A stretch of 60,000 nucleotides of DNA from Botryllus schlosseri (lineage: Eukaryota), in assembly GCA_051294905.1 (NCBI GenBank), contig CM119371.1, forward strand, positions 7,070,001-7,130,000. The letters run 5' to 3'. A program made the translations under genes and the position numbers. Positions 54,073-60,000 of the stretch are shown here, piece after piece. Each line of letters begins with the position of its first letter. Position 1 is the stretch's first letter. The notes below the pieces were generated by a model. It did not search any database. It was not told the origin of the DNA and worked only from the letters and a program-made list of their open reading frames with translations.

Positions 54073-57000
54073 GTCTGGAACGCATCTGCCTTTTTGGGTC
54101 AATTGTTTGATTTGGGGTCCGAGTTGGATTGTTGATTGGGGCCTGCAGCGGGCTTCAACTGGACACTAGATGTCGAAAAATTGAAGGAGGCGCTTTTCGT
54201 AATGAGTTCTCCCTCGACAAATTTGAAATTTTATTCGATGTCTGATTCCGTCGTCGTGACAAACTTGCGACCCAGGCAGGGGGTCTTGGGTTTGAATTTG
54301 ACGAACTCTTCGTTTGATTGAGCCGCCACATTCTTACTGGCTTTGAAACGTCGCACAGGACTGGGCCGGTTTACGTCCTCCTCGGTCTGCAAAAATACTA
54401 GGGGGTCAAGTCAATACTAGCATTGGAATCACGGGATCAACTCTACTGAAATCACGAGATATCGAGAAAGCATCTATCAGAGCTGTAGTAGCATTTGCTT
54501 TGCTCTTAAAGCAGCGTTACAATATCAGCTTACTGTCTTGAACACGCTACATTGCCGTGACGATAATACCAACTATGGCACAACTATGAACTACACCAGT
54601 GGTCTTAAATATTTTTTTTAACGGTACATCATTTTAAAGGTCACGCAAAATTTATACACCTCAGTTAACAAAATACATCGAATCCGTCGTAATCCTAATC
54701 GGAAGGCTGCAATCCTTCGGAAACGCTAATGCTAAAAACTAATCAGCGTTCGAGATTACCACATCACGATCTAACGCTGGTTTTCAACGGCAGTCTACGA
54801 AACATCTTCAGAAAACCGGAAGCCGATTGAATCATATAATTTTTGATATTGCAAGCTAGGGTAGATCATGTGAAGCAATTTTGCTTCTAATTTCTAAAAC
54901 TTCATGGTTTACATCAGCCGAATGACCGTTTAACACAAGATATCAGATTGCACCAGCTGACTTTTTGCCCGCAAACCATTTAGTCAATGGGTAGAGCTAT
55001 TGTTACAAACATTTTGCTGTTTAGAGCTGACATTGAGGTTTGTGTAAAAACAGCAAATTTGGAATAGAAAGGTCAAACAGAGTGATCATAATCAGAAAAC
55101 GCCTTAAACAATGATATTTTCGGTGCTGTCACAATTTTGAGTCTGTATTACAATAAATGTATGTGACTTGCAAGTGCATATTTCTACATCGATAATCTCA
55201 GGGTTGGGGAGTAAAAATCCAAATCGTGGGGTTTAAATTTTAATCCCTAAATCCCAACCCTTGTGAGGAATGACCCAAAAAAACTCACCATCTTCCGTGG
55301 GACCCGCACTTATTCTGGTATCCTATCTTGAAAGAAAGATTGCACGGATGATAGGAATCAGAACTTCTACTTTTCAGAGTTCTGTAAGTAGATTTTGTCT
55401 ACATCTACAACTACCTCACGTGGTCGGTTTTTATATTCTTCCACTTCTATTTCCACAGATTTTTAGGAAAAACTAGTTGCTTGTTACAATTTGGATTTCG
55501 CAGGAGATTTTTGATGCTCGCAATCTTTCCACTAGGCCCACAATACTATATTTTTTTACTATTTGGAAATTTTCTACTTGTACTTGAAAAAAAATTTACA
55601 ACACTGCTTACCCTTTCAGTCGAGTACCAACGACGAACACTTTGCCCACATCTGCTCCTGAAACAGCGATGTAGAATCGCCGCCAAGCCCAACCTTCACC
55701 CACCTTTTTAAATCGGGATCAATCGACTTTTCCTGTAGGCGTTCGGACCAAGGGTGGGACCAGGGGCTCATTCTGACAGATCACTCCCGGTGGTGGGTGG
55801 TCCTTTGATCAATTGGGTGCCATGCCAGAAATCCATCCTGAGTGAGGGCGTTGCTGGAATGAAGGGGGGTAGTTTTTTGTTGGCAACACGAAGCAAAATG
55901 CAAACACTGATTCGATTACAATCATAATTGTAAATAAATAAATTAGATTATAAGTAAAACGATAACTACATATTATTTATAAATGAGATTAGAATCAGAA
56001 GTACATCTATACAGCTAACACACTTTACCTCAGTCCGAATTTACTGGAAAACCGTGCACAATATTTTTTGCATGATTTCTTTGTCAAATCAGAATGAGTA
56101 AATGCTGGACGTAGGCGTAGGTAGGATGTAAATATCTGGTGTGCCAATGCGAAGGATAGCAACATCTTACAAGAAATGACATCATGGTATAGAAATCCAT
56201 TCAATTTCAATTGATTCATTTCACACTGATACTGTGAACATTGTGAACAGAATGTTTGCGATATCCTATACCGTTGCCAATTCTGGACATGTTACACAAA
56301 ATTACACAGAAACTCACCTGTAGTCATCACTATCCCTCGAAATCTTGATAAAGAGATCTTGTCTTTTGGCAGGAGATAAAGCCTGAAACAAAATCTCATT
56401 ATTATCCATCAGGAAGGATAAGACTAGCACTGCTACTTGAATGTGTCTTGAACAAAAACAGTGAAGCTATTGAATAGTTTTCCACCAATCACCTTTAACT
56501 GTATAGAGCCATAAGATGTGAAAAATGCTCTCTTCTTGGATAGGAAATTTTTTACTGTGCAGGGTGTGTTTCACTTTGATTTACTCATTCATCTTTATGG
56601 CATCACAGAGCCGTTCTCGTGCGTGTCAAAACCATTATTACACATTCCCCAGTGCTCAATGTCTGACGTCGATGTATTTTTCCGTAACGCAGAAGAGGTC
56701 AACCACAATCGCCTCTAACGAATACAGATCAGTGCATGAATGCAAGCTTTTAAACGGGTTCTCAAGGAGAATGTGCAGTAAACGCGAGGATAACCCTTAG
56801 TTCAAGGACTCGTCAATTAGCAAGTAGCCGTTGGACAGATTCGCTTGCGGTGAAAGAATATCATTTTGTTCAAGTCGCCAACACCGAGTTTACTACAATG
56901 CATTGGATCAAGTTTGGGGACCTAGGGGATTTGAGATGTGACATCTGACTTTTTATGGGGCGGTATACGTAGGCCTATAGCAGTTTATCGTCAGGAGGTA

Positions 57001-57760
57001 GCCTACTTTGGAAATTAAATGGAGCAACTAAGTGACCAACGGGAAATGAATAATGACAATAGAAATACATCAAATTTTCAAAAATATATTTAGTTACCGC
57101 GAGCCGTGTGGTATTTCAGCCATTTTTCTAATGTTTCATTCATGAAAAAGATATAGAAGATATAAATTCATAGTGTAAAAAGTAAGCAGTTTCCAGTTTC
57201 ACCTAAAAACTTATAATAAAAGCTGAAGTACCGTAACCAAAAATAAAACCACTCGAGTGAGTCGTAAAAGCAGGTAAAACCAACTTGAGTATTCTGAAAA
57301 GCAGAGGAACTTTCTCGTCGATCACCTCTGGATATGAGCTGGTAATTGTGATGTGAATAGAATACCGATGTCCATCCTAATTGTGGGTTGGAAATACGCG
57401 GCCCGATAAAACTCCCTTGACTCTGATCCAAAGAAAATCTTTGCCTGTTACGAGAAGGAAAGGATAGACCGGGTTAGAATCGGTTTAAATTCTAATTTCA
57501 CAGACAGAAATACGATCGTTACTAGAGGTTGAGTTAAGTTTATTGTTGATAATTTTATCATTTCAGAACATCCCCAAATAGCTTCGATGGCAAATAATCT
57601 AATCCAAAATCATTGATTTTGCAAAAAGATAAATCCAGAATTGCTCACTTTTATCTCCCGCATAAAATTCTCACGCGTTGATGTATGTCAGAATCCAACT
57701 GATTGAGATCGGCTGAGATTATCATGTAAACTGCTTTTATCACCGAAGCCATCTTATAGC
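54073..57760 (-). pseudogene. decayed multi-exon relic, unit 3 (from 57649, 56318-56382, ~55704-55853, ~55289-55308, ~54073-54386)
   Basis: conserved splice signals homologous to units 1 and 2. Confidence 0.55.
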
Positions 57761-58368
57761 AGACGACTACACCATTAAATTATATAATATAATATATAAA
57801 TATGAATATGATGATCGTCTGATTGCAATCCACTATAACAAAATGAAGAGTGGTTATGAAAAGTAAAATCAATGAATCTATATACAACACAGATTGCTCA
57901 AACCTGACTATCATACCAGAAGATGTGGTAGGCCTATATGAGGAGTTGCCTATAGTCGCCTCATATAAACACAATCGAGTAGGATAGGCATATAAACTTG
58001 TAACTAGTAACCTAAGCTCTATTTCGAACACATATTGTTGTAAGCATACCTTTTGAAGAGTGAATAACTTGAGTAAATATCTTATGTGCCCCAAGATGGA
58101 AGAAAACATTCACACACATTCGAAATTTTAGTGCATTGAGTCATTGAATGCCGCGGGTTATTTCATACTGAATAATGGGAAGTGAAAAATTTAAAGGCCC
58201 TACAGTAATCAGTAGCTTCCCCGCTCCTGATATTGGCCATATAAATATTTTGGAATGAATTGCACAAGTTATCAAAATCATCGACCATATCTATATTGAA
58301 TAAGCAACTAAGTATATATGATGGGCTGTATCAACTAGAATTGCCGGCAGTATTATTATACACTGTGG

Positions 58369-59240
58369 CAGTGTTGGGATCAAGTCACAACCTTCGAGTC
58401 ACGAGTGATTTCGAGTCATTGCAGATTTTGACTGGAGTCAAGTCAAGTCACTCGTTTTTTGGAGGTGACTCGAGTCAAGTCACAAGTCAAGTCACGACTC
58501 AAGTCAAATTGAATTTTCGAAGTATGAATGATGATGCAAAGTCACTACATTTTGCTAACTGGTGAAAGACAGAATAATTGGCCTTTGGCCATTTAATTAG
58601 ATAGAATCTAATAACAAATATAAAGACAAATATACATGCAAAAGGTGTTGTATCGCTCACGATGCTCATAAAATATGTGAGTAACTGTGTATACCTACAT
58701 GTTACAGTCTGTTATTACCAACCACAATAGAGAATCGAATACGAAGCCTCGACAAGTTGAAACAAATTGATATGGTACAGTAGGCTACACTACACATCTG
58801 CACATCCGCGAGAGTATACACATAATATTTGTTATTTCGATTTAAATTATTCTTAAGGGTTTGTAAAAGTGAGCACTGAGTAAACATGCACTGAGCCGTC
58901 TAAGAAAAAAGATACGTTGCTATTAGATTAATCTACTACTATACTACGACAACGTAAGCTGTGATCGTGTCGTTTGCGGTCAGTAAAGTAAATCAGCGAA
59001 TGACTGATTGCCCTCACATGTGACATCTTCGTATCGCGAAAAATCCGAACATATATATAATGAGGTGATTTAATCTACACCGTTGACTTGAAATTGACTC
59101 GTTAATTCTGCTCCGAGTCACGAGTCAATTGGCATTTTTGAAGCGCCGAGACAAGTCAAGTCAAGTCATTTTTTCAAAGTGACTCGAGTCAAGTCAAGTC
59201 AAGTCATACGAAAAAGTTGACTCGAGTCATCCCAATACTG
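58369..59240 (+). mobile_element. GACTCGAGTC/caagt-rich hAT-like element at a duplication junction
   Basis: TIRs cagtgttgggat/atcccaatactg; flanks do not match (cactgtgg vs ccattaaa). Confidence 0.85.
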
Positions 59241-60000
59241 CCATTAAATGACACGTTATCCAATATCGTGATCTTCTGATTGCAATCCACTGTAACAAAA
59301 TCACGAGTGGTTATAAAAGTAAATCAATGAATCTATATACAATAGGTTGCTCAAGCCTGGCCATCGTATCAGAAGATGTGGTAGATAACGAGTTGCCGAT
59401 AGTCGTCTCATATAAACATAATCGAAATGGTTAGTGTGAGTATGCGAGAAAATCCGGTATCTTGATCATAGATAGCGAAAAAATGACACCTTTTTATTAG
59501 GCTCACCCAAATTCATCAAAAACAATGAAAATAAAAAGATAAACAAAAATTTCATCCGATTTAATTTCGTGCTTAATCATTGTTAACGCACGATTCTCAT
59601 AAAATAAGACAGGCATATAAACTTGTAGCTTGAAACCTAAGCTCTATTTGGAAGTGCATACTGTTGTGAGTATTCCTTTTGAAGAGCGAATAGTTTGAGC
59701 CAATATCATGTGCGGCTATACAAGGAAGAGATCATCCACACTGATTTGACTTTTTCGCGAGCCACTGAGTGCTGCTGGTTTTTTCATATTGAATTATGTG
59801 AAGTGTACGACTTATGAGGCCGACAGTAATCAGTAGGTTCCCAACTCCTGATATTGGCCATATAAACCGTTGTGGAATGAATTTTCCAAGTCATTAAAAT
59901 CATCGATCATATTTAGCCTATATTGAGTAAGTAACTACTGTAAATATATGATGCGCTGTATCAACTAAAACTGCAGACAGTAATCACGGTATTATGCGCT

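Overview
AT-rich eukaryotic (animal, probably invertebrate) genomic DNA; no prokaryotic operons or CRISPR. The backbone is a head-to-tail tandem array of a ~10.2 kb unit carrying an intronless minus-strand BTB-BACK-Kelch (KLHL-type) gene: copy 1 (5' end only, 1-110), copy 2 (intact, 23134-24789) and copy 3 (open BTB-BACK-only frame after deletion of the Kelch repeats, 34084-34989). The spacer at the right edge suggests a fourth copy beyond the window. Each unit also carries a decayed spliced relic (five exon-like segments with conserved splice signals). Units 1 and 3 are inflated to ~25 kb by nested insertions: many hAT-type elements with 8-bp TSDs, a ~2.6-kb palindromic foldback element (two copies), an inverted 41-bp satellite element, a tRNA-derived SINE and a LINE 3' end. 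The most unusual object is a 13.4-kb insertion (36155-49584, flanked by a 9-bp direct repeat). It contains a degenerate Ty3/Gypsy-like gag/RT-start region followed by an env-position ORF, which becomes a Thr-rich, N-glycosylatable single-pass membrane protein once a MITE is removed.
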